From Squalus acanthias (taxonomy: Eukaryota): DNA of 64,000 nucleotides. Below the pieces are notes generated by a model. That model had not been told where the DNA came from and did no database searches. It was given only the letters and a program-made list of their open reading frames with translations. The DNA lies in the NCBI GenBank assembly GCA_030390025.1, contig CM059425.1:177942001-178006000 (forward strand), written 5' to 3'. Numbering within the stretch: position 1 is the stretch's first letter; each line of letters begins with the position of its first letter. Both the position numbers and the translations under genes were made by a program. This document shows, in pieces, positions 13,690 to 26,489 of the stretch.

Positions 13690-15300
13690 TAGTGCCTGTC
13701 TTCTGTGTGCCTTTGCCTGTTCTAGTGCTCCTAGGCAGTTCTACCCCAGTGGCTGCAGCATGGCAGCCTCAGCAATCCTAGTAATCTGCTGGAAGACAGA
13801 TTGCTGGACTGCTGTGACACCCTGAAAGCACCTTCAACACTACCAACTGCAGCCATGATGGCAGCAGTCTGAGCTTCTGTGGCAGCACTCAGACATTGGG
13901 TGGCTTCTGCTTGTGCTGCAATGGAAGCTGAGACATCGACCATCAGACGCTGCATCATGGCTGGGTCCACAAGTGCGTTAATGGAGTTGCCTGTCACTTC
14001 CATCCGGGAAATCATGGGCTCCAAGCTCTGCCAAAGCCCTGTGCAAGGTTGGTGCCGGACTCCTCCATGCACCTTGACAATACACTCAAGATTTCTGGCA
14101 GGCCCGTCAATATACCAAGCATTTCATTGTGCATACCCATCAGCCTTCTACTGTAGGCCGCCCCATTGACATCCTCATCTGAGTCCTGTGCAGCAGAGTA
14201 TGTGTGCGACCTCGCCCTCCGGGGAGCTGGCACCTGAGCTACACTTGCCTCCTGCCCTGTCTGCAGCCCACTCGTGCCCAGTGACTCACCACATGCAGAT
14301 CCCGCTTCTAAGCTACCCTCTATAGTCCGCGCTGTGCCAGTATCTGAGCTGGTGGCTGCGACTCTCAGATCGAGTGACCGTGTTTCTTCTTCATCATCAC
14401 TCACCACTTCCTCTTCTTCTTCCACCACTGCCTGGCCAGGTTGGAATTCTTGGGTCTCTGAAATGAGAAAGGCACAAGGGTAAGGTTGTGGTGAGGGGAG
14501 GGAGGGAAAGCAAGAGGTACACGCTTACACCATCTGCAGCTTCTAAGTCACAAGAGATTGTGGGATGAGGGGGAAGTGGGATGTGAGAAGGAAGATTAGG
14601 TATGAGCATACCGTCATCTTCAATGGTTACAGTGCCACCGCTGGTCACAGCCTCAGTCATAGCCATTCCAATTATGGCGAGCACTGTGTCCTCGAGCGGG
14701 GTCAGGATATGGAGGCATGCCTCAACCCCTCCGGTTAGCTGTTGCTGCCTATGGTTGTGAGCCACCTTGTCCTGCAAGAGAGAGGGAAGTGTGTCAGTGA
14801 GTGTGGTGCAATGTGTTTGGGTGATGTGGCTGTCATGGTTGAATAGCTGTCAGTGTGTGCAAGCTGTGAGATGTGGGTGTGAGGCTTGCAGCAGTGGTAA
14901 GTGTGTGAGGGTGAGATGGAGCATATGAATGTGAGGTATGAGTTGTGATTGATAGAGATTGTTGGTAGGTGAGTAATGGGAGTGTGGTGAATTGAGCAGC
15001 GTGTGAGGCTAGTGGTGCAGTTTGTGGGATAGGGTATTTGAAGATGAATTCACTCACCTTGACCACTCATATGAGGTCATTAAACTTCTTCCAGCATTGC
15101 ATCCAGGTCCTTGGGGCAACACTGCTGGCATTGACCTCTGTGGCTATCTGCTCCCACTGCTTTTGCAGTGTCTGTCTGGAGGGCCTCCTGGCCCCCTGTG
15201 TAAACAGGACCTGTCTCCTCCTGTCCACCTCCTGTACTAAGGCCTCCAGTGCTGCATCTGAGAACCTTGGAGCCTCTCTCTGGCCTGTTGTGCCATTGCT
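13690..15300 (-). pseudogene. Harbinger Myb/SANT-like DNA-binding protein gene, three exons, decayed
   Basis: APRFSDAALEALVQEV...QWEQIATEVN...RTWMQCWKKFNDL with donor near 15058; exon 2 DKVAHNHRQQQLTGG; same layout as 50916-52843. Confidence 0.8.
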
Positions 15301-15930
15301 CAATGTTTCCCAGTTGAAACTGCCTTCTGGAATGACTTCTAGCACCTGGTCCCTTTTAAGTGGTGCAGGCTAGCTTTAATTGGTGCTAGCCTCTGAACTT
15401 GGGCCCCCTGAGGAGCATGCAGCCACTCAACAGCGCGTTTAGTGCTGGGCTGCACACCACTATCATTTAAATCAGCAGGCAGCACCAAGTTTGCGGGCTG
15501 CCTGCAATACTTTGAATGGGCGCAGGTTAATTGCGCATCGCGATCCCAGCGCCCATTTCTGGGGGCTATGGAATGTTTATCCCAGACTGTTTGTCCTGTT
15601 GTTCACCGATGCCCCAGATGCCCTGTTGCCCTAGCTGCACCGTTATCAGCTCGCACTTCCAGCAACTTTGTGAGAATTTTTTTTTAAATATAAACATGCG
15701 CGAACAAGTCTAACAGGGCACGGCCCGAGATGCTCCAGCAAAATCTGGGCCAATACTTCCAACAGTATATAGTACAGGCTCATTATCAGTGTGTAGACCT
15801 ACCCATTGTATAGCCATTAATAAATAGATCAGGATAACCTCTGTTGACAGAGAAGGCAGAACAAGCATGTTTACCCATTTCGGATTTTTCTTAGCAGTTC
15901 TTGTTATTACTGTACTATAAATTGCACCAG

Positions 15931-17578
15931 TGTAGAATTCGCAATATAATCGCGATTTTATAAATAAGGAGAAAACACATAGTTTCGTTCAAACAGTTTA
16001 TTTCAGCAGAATGCTGTCAAGTTTTCAAAGTGGACACAAGCAGCCTGTAAAATGGCTGCCACGCCTCGTGGCAGAACATTCTAGACTTTTCGATAAGCAG
16101 ACAAGATGGCGTTCCAATAAACATTTGTGCGAGATCGGACAAGACTCAGCACATTTGAGATAAATCACAAGACATAATGGGTTTACATTTTACACAGAAA
16201 TACTGGAATCGGTCTCCCAGGTGCGAATAAGGGCTATTGTACCAAGCGATCAAGAACCCATCCAAAGACATTAATATGCAAAATCCCCACGACTCTACGA
16301 TGAGAGAGCCGTTTGCGGGTAGTTACAGAAACATTTGGAAGCCCCAAAAGCCCTCCAGGGAGAATACTGACCGGTTACACAATGGGAGAAGTATTAACGG
16401 GTACTCAGGCAGTTACAAGTATCACCGAAACCCATTAAACGGAGATCACCCTATACAAGAAGTTTGGGCGCCAAAACCCTGACAAAAGAAAAGACATTAA
16501 GATTGGGCGGGAAGAGGGGAATTTCAGCACTATAACTGTAAGATCCAACCGTCCATCTTTCTCTTATCCTCTTATCCTCTTGCCTCTTCGCCTGCGACTC
16601 TGACTCTTGCATCTGCCTCTTGCTGCTCGACTTGCTGGAAGACTATTGAACTTTCTGATCCGCCAGGATCAGCCTCGTGGCTTGCCGCGAAGATCTGTGT
16701 GGAACCGGGCTGTGAAGCCTTGAAACGGGCACACCATCCCGAGAAGTCGGTAAACGGTGTTGGAACCGAAGGCCCGAGATGAGATGAGATGAGATGAGAT
16801 GAGAAGAGAAGAAGACGACAATACATATCGCCATGGTCAGTAAGCCCCGACCGCGCTCGATAAATCAGTAACTGCTTCCCAACTGGCATCGGAAGACCAT
16901 TCTTCGAGTTTTATCGCATCGGGGCGAGGGCACAGGAAGACTATTTTTTGAGTCGTGTCGAAACTCCGAGGACAACACAGATCTTCATGATAGCAGACGG
17001 TCCAGCCTGCTAGCCGGAGCAGAAACGAGTAAACAAGTGGGGTACAGAGACCCCTGATCAACACATGGGTGATCAGGTGCTGCGGTAAAAACATCCGAGC
17101 AGAGTTTTCGGAATTCTCCGAGTTATCACGAGTGGTGAGCATGAGTCTCGATCCTACAAATCTAGTTTAGAGCAGGTATTGATAGGGGAGGGTTTAAGTT
17201 TTAAGGATAACTGTAATGTGTGCCCCCATTTACGATGTGTCGTTCGTTCCTCGTTTCCCTAAAATTAGTTACATAACTGCGTGTAAGATTGTACTGTCAT
17301 TAATCTGTGCTTATGACATGTATTTCGTAATCTTGAATAATATGCAATAAAGATTTTCCATTTCGTACCATTCAACCGGGTCTACCTGAGTTTTCTCTCC
17401 ATTATTGCTCTCGCATCTAAGTCCAGTGTCAGAACCGTAAGGGCGAGTGGGTCGAACCACTCACAGGTGTCTAGTGCTCCCAGACTGGCTGGAGACCAGA
17501 ACAGGCAACAAGGCCTAACCTCGCACTAGCACCCAGGCTGAGCACAGAGCCACAGGTGTGCCACACAAAACCCTTACA
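15931..17578 (+). mobile_element. Solo LTR (~1.65 kb) of an ERV or Gypsy-type element
   Basis: TGTA...TACA termini; 4-bp TSD 'ccag' (15927-15930, 17579-17582); attgg/GC box/TATA-like 'ctataa' near 16501-16536; AATAAA near 17346; second copy at 48733-50425. Confidence 0.88.
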
Positions 17579-17648
17579 CCAGTTAAACAAAATGTTTTCT
17601 GTCTCTTGTTTCTCTCTCTCTTAATCCAAGCTTTCTTTCCCTCCCTTT

Positions 17649-18290
17649 GGCCTGAAGTTTAATAGTTTGGCGGGTTGGAAGCGGGGGCAGGGCTCGGAAG
17701 CGGTCAGGAAACCAAGGATAACGGATTTCCCGCAGGCCCTGCTGAATTTAATGGGAAGGCATGTGGCACTAGGCTGCAGAGAGGAGGGAGGGAGAGATCG
17801 CCGGGGGGGCCCGACCACCACCCCCGGGGGCACCGGAGGAGCATGGGGAGGTCTGGAGAACACGGGGAGAGAGTCCAGGGCATCATCGGAGGGCCGGGAG
17901 GAGCATGGGGGGAGGCCTCATGGGGGGGATCGGAGGCCTCGTGGGGGTGGGTTAGGCACGGATGCAGGATCCAGGAGGTAAGTGTCAAGGCATTAACCTC
18001 CTGGATCCAACAGTCCTCGCCTTCCAGTTAGCTGGCAGGTCTCACGAGGCCTGCAAAACCCGACCAGCTACAGTTAAATTTAAAATGGTGGTTAAATCTG
18101 AGGCACACCAGCCTCATTATAATATTTAAATGTACGACCCGCCTCCTGGGAGTGGGTTGGCTGCCCGCCCCCATCCCGCCTGCGTTAAAACTGGAAGTGG
18201 GCGGGTTGGAGGCGGGTTCTGGTCGGGATTCAGATTTTTAACACTTAAACGTCCCACTCGACCCGTTTTTTTGGGTTAAAATTCCCCCCC
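17649..18290. mobile_element. Harbinger-type MITE inserted in another MITE
   Basis: 3-bp 'ttt' duplication; host sequence 'ctttccctccc|tttatttctctttctgtacctg' (compare 40345-40380) is split by it. Confidence 0.65.
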
Positions 18291-18713
18291 TTTATTTCTC
18301 TTTCTGTACCTGATTTGACATTGAATTCACCCACTCTAATTCACCCTCCTTCTCAGTCCTTCTTCTGTTTATTTCTCAATCCTTTAATCTCATTGGTTAA
18401 GGAGATAGACTGTTTGAGCCGTTGTTTACCAAGGTCCCAGTTGCCCTGCTGCCCTTGCCGCACCGTTATCAGCTCACACTTTCAGCAACTTTGTGGACAA
18501 AAAATGTTAAAACATAAACCTGTAGTAACAAGTCTAACTAAGAGGGCAAGCCCCGAGATGCCCCCGCTCCAGCAAATTCTGCGAGCATCTTCTCTTCTTC
18601 TTCGCTGTCTCCGCTCCCTTTCCCGAAGGTACTCGAGCCCGAGGGGAGTGCAAGTACAGCTCCCATGACTGTGAGTAAGTGGTGTGAGCAGAAGCCTTTA
18701 AATGAGAATGAAG

Positions 18714-19987
18714 GCATAGAAGCATAGAAGATAGGAGCAGGAGTAGGCCATTCGGCCCCTCGAGCCTGCTCCGCCATTTAATGAGATCATGCCTGATCAT
18801 CCAAATTCAGTACCCTGTCCCTGCTTTCTCCCCATATCCCTTGATCCCTTTAGCCTTAAGAAATATATCTATCTCCTTCTTGAATATATTTAATGAATTG
18901 GCCTCAACTGCCTTCTGTGGTAGAGAATTCCACAGGTTCACCACTCTCTGGGTGAAGAAATTCCTCCTCATCTCAGTCCTAAATGGTTTACCCCTTATCC
19001 TAAGACTGTGACCCCTGGTTCTGGACTCCCCCGCCATCGGGAACATCCTTCCTGCATCTAGTCTGTCTAGTCCTGTTAGAATTTTATAAGTTTCAATGAG
19101 ATCCCCTCTCATTCTTCTAAACTCTAGCGAATATAAGCCTAATTGACCCAATCTCTCTTCATACGTCATTCCTGCCATCCCAGGTATCAGTCTGGTAAAT
19201 CTTCACTGCACTCCTTCCATGGCAAGAACATCCTTCCTCAGATAAGGCGACCAAAGCTGCACACAATACTCAAGGTGTGGTCTCACCAAGGCCTTGTACA
19301 ACTGCAGCAAGACATCCTTGCTCCTGTACTCGAATCCTCTCGCTATGAAGGCCAACATACCATTTGCCTTCTTAACTGCCTGCTGCACCTGCATGCTTAC
19401 CTTCAGCGACTGGTGCACAAGGACACCCAGGTCTCGTTGCACTTCCCCTTTTCCCAATCTATTGCTTTTCAGATAATAATCTGTCTTCCTGTTTTTGCCA
19501 CCAAAGTGGATAACCTCGCATTTATCCACATTATACTGCATCTGCCATGCATCTGCCCAATCACCCAACCTGTCCAAATCATACTGGAGTTTCTCTGCAT
19601 CCTCCTCACAGCACACACGCCCACCCAGCTTTGTTTCATCTGCAAACTTGGAGATATTACATCTAGTTCCCTCGTCTAGATCATTAATATATATTGTAAA
19701 TAGCTGGGGTCCTAGCACCGATCCCTGTGGTATCCCACTAGTCACTGCCTGCCACTTGGAAAAAGACCCGTTTATTCCAACTCTTTGCTTCCTGTCTGCC
19801 AACCAGTTCTCTATCCAAATCAGTACCTTACCCCCAATCCCATGTGCTTTAACTTTGCACGCTAATCTCTTATGCGGGACCTTATTGAAAGCCTTCTGAA
19901 AGTCCAAATACACCACATCCACTGTTTCTCCCTTATCTATTCTACCAGTTACATCCTCAAAAAATTCCAGTAGATTAGTCAGGCATT
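18714..19987 (-). mobile_element. CR1 LINE 3' fragment
   Basis: ORFs 19203-20033 and 18807-19178; nearly identical to 8797-9941. Confidence 0.95.
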
Positions 19988-20837
19988 CTTTACTCGCACC
20001 AACACTCCCTGTCACTTCAGGAACTTTAAACAAGTTTAGACAGTTACACAGAGCCAGTCAAATTGAGAAGCTATGTCAGCTGCAAGTTGTTGATTGTGAA
20101 TATCACTGCGGAAGCTCCTTTCTCTTGCTGAACGCTTGGTCAGCTGGTCGTGATTAAGAGAGGGCAGTAAGTGGAGAGCCGACAGTGAAAATAGCAGATC
20201 ATGCGTCAAGTGAGCGTTGCACACTCATTGACATCACGATCTGCCTCATTTCTATTTCTGCATTGAGCGTAGGCAACGGCAGCGCTGCCAAACTGCCGAA
20301 AATGGCTGCTGACGTGGGACCCGCTGGAAGCGGGCGGAAGCGAGTCAGCCGCCATTTTTTCATCAAAATGGGCCTTAGCGGCCGGCGCTAAGCCCCCGAA
20401 TTTCTAAGCCTAGGTTCGCAAAGCTGTAGAATGTTGTTTGACATCTGCTGGTGTTTCTCAAACTTGTGTTTTAAGTGTTTCTCAATTATAAATCTGCACA
20501 AAACTATAGGGCACGCAATACTATAAAATAAATGAAAAATTTATATACTGAAGAACAGTAAAATTAGAATTTAGGATTCTTACATTTTCAAATGGTTAAA
20601 CCCTATTAATATTTTCCCTATAATGTTTAATCATACTATTTTAATCTGTCTCCTGTGATCAGCCCAAGGATCCACCATTAATCATTTAATAGTAAATCAC
20701 AACATGTACTACCATAGATTTGAAGTAATTAACCACCCGTAACATGTGCATTACCATGTTTGCTGAATTTTCCGATTGATAACTTGTGTGTTTTCTGCTG
20801 TCTGAGGAAAGGCAAATCTAACTTGAGGAAACACAAG

Positions 20838-21672
20838 GGGGGCGATTTTGCCAGCCCTGGGGAGGCGGGTCTGGAGGTGGGTCTGCCGGGAAAATGGCAG
20901 AATTTGGGGGCGGGTGCCCAACCCACCTCCATGCCATCTTCCCAGGAGGTGGGTAGCCGTTCCGCGCCAGGTCGCCATCTCCTTGGAGGCGGGAAGGGAT
21001 TAAAACCTATTAACTGCCTGTTAACAGGTAGTTAACAGGCAGAAAACAGGATTATCCCTTTTTGCCCTCACAAGTGCGGGCTTCCCGGAGGCTCCGAAAC
21101 CCACCAGCTCAGCTCAGCGAGTAGGGGGTCTGCGGGGGTTGGGGGGGGTGCAAAAGTGTGCTGTGAAGGTAAGTGATGGGTGCAAGAGTGTAGAGGTGAG
21201 TATCTGAGGTAAGTGCAAAGTGTTTTTAAAAGTGTACTTACCTTTGTTTCTTCCTGCAGGCTTCAGTCGGTTTGTATGCGGAGAGTCTTGGACCTCCACA
21301 TTGGGAATGACAGATGGCCGTTGCATTCACAGATGCAACAACCATCTCATTTCTGTAAAAGAAAGAAGTTTGATGGGGTCTTGTATTCAAGACCTCATCA
21401 ACTAACAGAGAATGTCACTGTTTGACAGCTTCACAGAGCTGTCAAACAATGACAATTCATCTGTCAAAAATTTTTGACAGATGAAACGTCATACGTTGAC
21501 GTGCTCTGCAACCGGCTTTCCCTTAATTGGCCTGCTAAGCCTGCTGGGCGAGCTTAACAAGGTTAATCAACGGAAAATAGCGTAGGTTGGCCAGAAGTTG
21601 TTGGAGGCGGGACTGAAACCCGACAAGTGGGAGTCCCGCCTCCAAAAGCTCCCCATTGGCAAAATCACCCCC
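20838..21672. mobile_element. Harbinger-type MITE
   Basis: TIRs 'gggggcgattttgcc' / 'ggcaaaatcaccccc'; 3-bp TSD 'aag'. Confidence 0.75.
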
Positions 21673-22499
21673 AAGGGTCTAGAGTCTCCGCTTCTGCAGG
21701 ATTGGAGCGCATCTCCGTTGGGGCTGGACTTTGGCCCGCACTGAGCTATGCCCCTGATCCTGGATGATCTTCTGGCCTGGAGGACATTTGAATATTGAAC
21801 AAAGTTTCCTTGGCCTCCACTGTGGTGCCTCACCAAAATGAATGTGGAGTACTCCTGTGGCAATCCTAGGCCTCTGCTCTGCCTGTGCAACAAGCAATTT
21901 ATTTTGTAAAAATGTTTAACTTACTGTTTGGGCCTGTGCACTCCATCATTTTCAGGCCCTACCATGCAAACATGTTTTTAGGGCCCCCTTCACCACCATT
22001 GGAATACTGGAAGCCCGGGAAAAACAGATATCCCTTACACCCAGCGTTCTGGAGACACAGGTCGAGGGAAGTACACCAGAAGTGGAGGTAGGCTGTCCAC
22101 CAGGCCTGGGAGCAGGAATTGGGGTAGCTGCACAGCAAGATGGGCGTGAAGCACGTCATGCCTACAAACAATTCCCTGCCCTCACCTGCCCCAAATCCAC
22201 TGAAAAATCGTGGCGGGTAAGCGATCCTGGCCAAGAACTTCTAGACTTTTTGGGGAAGGTGGAGCTTTTGGATAAATCAACATTTTTGTGGAGCCATTAT
22301 GTGAAAACTTTGGATACTCCAAAGTTGGATTGCAGAAGTTTTTTCAGATGCAGCTTTACGTATTAATTTAGGGGCCTGCGAAATGTAAAAGGTGCCTTAT
22401 AGTAGGTGTGTTGTGTTTGGCCAGTTTTCTTTTGTTGCTACTGCCGAATTTGTATTGCACAAACTCATTTGCAGCATAATTGTACACATCTTACCTTTT

Positions 22500-23290
22500 G
22501 ATCCCTACTAAAGGAGAAAATAGAAACACATCTAGAAACCAAAAATATAATACTGAATAGTCAACATGGATTTAAAAAGGAAAGTCTTGCTTGACCAACC
22601 TCATTGAATTCTTTGAAGAGGTAACAGAGAGAGTAGACAAGGGTAATGTAGTAGATGTAATATATCTAGATTTCCAAAAGGCCTTCGATAAGGTGCCAGA
22701 TAATAGACTAATGAATAAGGTCAGAGAATGCAGAGTCAGTGGACAATTAACAGAATAGATAGATAGCTGGCTGAAAGACAGAAAGCAGAGAGTAGGGGTA
22801 AAGGGTAGCTATTCAGAGTGGCAGAAGGTGGGAAGTGGGGTCCTACAAGGATCAGTAATTTCTAAATTTATGGACGACACCAAATTGGGAGGGATAGTCA
22901 ACACTGAGGAGGACTGCAACAAATCACAAGAAGACATTAATAAATTTGAAGAATGGGCATTTAATTGGCAAATTAATTTCAACATAGATAAGTGTGAGGC
23001 ATTACATTTTGGTAAGAAAAGGAAGTCACATATTACTTGGAAAATAAGAATCTAAATGGGGTAGAGGAGCAAAGGGAACTGGGAGTACAAATACACAAAT
23101 CACTAAAATTTGCGACGCAGGTTAATAAGGCCATAACAAAAGCAAACCAAGCACTAGGGTTTATTTCACCAAGATAATCACCAAGAAATCAAATAGGGAA
23201 TTCAGAAGAAACTTCTTTAGCCAGAGAGTGGTGAGAATGTGGAACTCGCTACCACAGGAAGTGGTTGAGGTGAAAAGTATAGATGCATTT
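22500..23290 (+). mobile_element. Older CR1 RT fragment with internal deletions
   Basis: Degenerate CLTNLIEFFEE, YLDFQKAFDKVP, KFMDDTKLGG and RNFFSQRVVRMWNSLP motifs. Confidence 0.85.
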
Positions 23291-25067
23291 ATGAAAATAC
23301 AACAATTAACACTATTTGCAAAAAGAGAAAAATATTGTACAATAAGCTATCCATCTGTATATGTTCAAGTTATGTTAGTCTGAACCATGTTGTTTTACTT
23401 ATAGTCCTATTTTATTGCTTCATCTTGGGATCCTGACCAAACACAACATCTGTGTTCTCTTTTTCTTTGAAGTATCATTTTGCATAGTCCCCAGTTATCA
23501 TGAATACCAAGAAAGTATTCCCTTTTGCTTTGGCTGTTCCTAGAAGAAATAGTCAAAGTATTATAAAGAAAACTGCTTACCTCACTTATCGTATTGGCAA
23601 GGAGGGAAGAATTACGTTGCAGAATGAAATCTTCTGCCATGTGTTTGCCAGTGTATCATGGGACCTCAGTATATTTCTGAGCACATCTGGACTATGTTCA
23701 TGTGTCTTCCTCATTATGTTCTTCAAATTACTGATTTTATTCCAAATGGTTCAATAACCATCAATAACTCCAGCAAAAAAAAAGACGGCATGTCTGTGTA
23801 AATATACTCTGACGCAATGTCAGTCAGTTTAGAAAAGAATGTTTTTGACTCTATTTTGTTAGTTGATATAGGGTTTCAGCCAAGTTTGTGAATAGTGTGG
23901 CTACATATCTCCATGTGTGGCTTACTCATTCCAAGTAATTACCACTACAGGGATGCATGATAAATTTAAGTTCTTAAATACCAATTTGTGCAAAAAATTT
24001 GCAACATGACCCTAAAGGAGAGAAATGCCTCCAGTCCTCAAAAGAAATGTTAACAAAATGTTTGCCTGCTTCCAAAATGTTCTCCTAAAATTTGTTCCTT
24101 AATGTTGATTGGTCTAACAAGCAGTCCTGGGGTAAGCTGTGATTTGCCTGTTTAGGTCTTGTTAAAGATTATTTTAGGGCATTACATACAAGCCTTGTCC
24201 ATAGTGTTGGACTTTCCACATTCACTCTGTATTATGCACTGTTAAAGCTGGCATTAGATCAGTGGAGTGAGCTGGCAGAGTTCCACCAGAGAACAGAGGA
24301 GTCACACAATTACTGACAGAGGAGTATTTTTTTGTAGGCAGCAACAGGGTGCAGCATTTAGTGCTGCATTGGCAAACAAACTGAAGAGGTTAACTAGGGA
24401 TATCAGGGGACATAGAATGCAGACTAACATGCACTGGGTGTTACCCCAACAGAGTGAACGACCAGAATCTCATCGAGGATTTATGACTGGGGAAGCTCCA
24501 ACACAGCAGGGATGCCCTCACCGTAGTTGCCAAATAACCACTGTTCACGTGGGGCCACAAAAACCTGCTTATTCTGCGAGAATTTAAATTGCCACAAAAA
24601 GCATTGCAAGTCATGTCTGTGCATGCGTTGAAACATTGTGCGTGTGCAGAGGAGGTAACATTCTGCATTATGGAGCGATTTGAGGATGCAGCATATAAGC
24701 AGCTGTTTTGCAAAGGCAGGTGACATCTGAGAGCAATAGTTGCAGTCATGTTAGCTGTCCTCTGATTATGCTAATGGTATAAAAAAACAACGATAATCAC
24801 CTTGAGATTTTGTTTTGATCTACTTTGATTTTGTTTTTCTAATTGGATTATAAAATGTTCACAGTAGAGCCAAAAAAGCTAAAAAAAAAATGAACTGCGA
24901 ATCAGTCTACCTGAAATCATCAAAAGTTTGCAACAAATTAATCTCAATCTTGTCCTGTTCTGCTGTAAGCAATAACAGGCTGATTTTTTTTTTCTCACTA
25001 CTGCCTCCATTTTCAATGGGAATGGGACGTTAGTGAGACAAAAATGTTTTTTAAAAACCTATCGCTC

Positions 25068-25440
25068 AGTTGCATTTCTATAGCACCTGTTACAACCTCA
25101 GGACATCCCAAAGTGCTTTACAGCCAATGAATTACTTTTAAAGTGTAGTCACTGTTACAATATAGGGAAACACACCAGCTAATTTGCACACCGCAGAGTT
25201 AAATAACATTCTGTTTTAGTTTCATTCAATATACACTAAAACAGAATGTTATTTATTTCTGCTATGTGCAAATTAGCTGGTGTGTTTCCTTAGTGGGAGT
25301 AGTGAGAAAAAACATGAATAAATGTTGGTAAGAAAACACCCCATCTCTTCTTTAAATAGAGCCATGGGACCTTTAACAGCCACCTGAGAGGGCAGAAAAG
25401 ATGCTGGTTTAACATCTCACCTGGACAGCACCTCCAACAG
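25068..25440 (-). mobile_element. DeuSINE remnant containing a local inverted duplication
   Basis: Reverse complement resembles the 3' half of 58890-59325 (cccaaagtgctttac, aagtgtagtcactgtt, gccatggga). Confidence 0.7.
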
Positions 25441-26489
25441 TCCGTCACCTACCAACTGCACCACTAGCCTCACACACTGCTCAATGCAGGACCCCCAATC
25501 ACTCACCTACCAACAATTAGCACCAATGATGAGGCACATCTACCATTCCTAGCCTTACCTCACCCCCTTGGAGGAGAGGGTGCAGGCCATTCTTGGCAGG
25601 GGCATGGCTGAGCCCTTGGCCAGCGGCGGGGCTGAAAGGATACAAGATGTGGGTATCCTCGTACGTTATCCTCCTTCTCGCATGCACCTCTAGGCTTCCC
25701 GCCCTCCCGTCAGCACAACTCCACCCTTGTGTCTTCCTCATGACCTAAGACAATGGGGTACAGGTTCAAACTTGTAAAAGGTAAGTTTGGGATTGATATC
25801 AGGAAGTTCTTCATACAGAGAATGATCAACATTTAGAAAAGACTTCCAGATTAAGTGTTGGAGTGAAATTCCTGGATACATTTAAGAAAGAATTTGGATA
25901 CTACAATGGATGGATGCTTCTGGATGGATGGATTAATATGGGCTGTATGGCATTCCTCATCCATAATTATCTGGTAATTTTATGAACTGAAAGGGAGTGA
26001 GAGGAAGTGCGTCAACATGAAGTAGGAGGTGCGTGGGGGAGAAGAGTGGCAGATTGTCCAACGATAAGCACCAGTTTGAACTGGGTTTCAGGAGGTCGAA
26101 GACTTCCAAGTTCTATTAAGGGAGAAAGAATGAGAAAGCATATTAACTGAGAGGGTTGGAGGAGGACAGTAAATCTTGGGCCCCCTGGCATATCCAGGCA
26201 GGAAAATGGTCAGAAAAGTTCCAGCCACCTTGTAAATTTGGGTGGAACCCAAAATAATTACAACAAGAAGATTCTAGATAGGCCTGTGGTAGGTAGAACA
26301 CACGTACGGTCATGGGCGCCTGCCAACTATATTCCAATTAGCTGACCCTATCCTGTATTTCTAAATACAGGCATACTCATGTTGCACCAGAGCACTGTAT
26401 AATATTGCTGTATCAATGGGTTCACCCTGTGGCCCTTTAAATGTGGAAAACAACAAACACCAGGGCCTTGATATTAACGCTCCCATGAA

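Larger units (their letters stand above)
10637..15583 (+). mobile_element. PIF/Harbinger transposon, decayed two-gene copy, nested in a MITE
   Basis: HARBI1-like transposase remnant (+) and Myb/SANT remnant (-); flanked by 'aga'...'aga'; host MITE sequence (compare 18390-18420) resumes on both sides. TIRs are degenerate. Confidence 0.8.

Noticed and set aside
16837..17142. ORF shared by both LTR copies (also 49181-49696)
   Set aside because: Antisense to the inferred LTR orientation, lengths differ, no recognisable domain; similarity is explained by copy identity.
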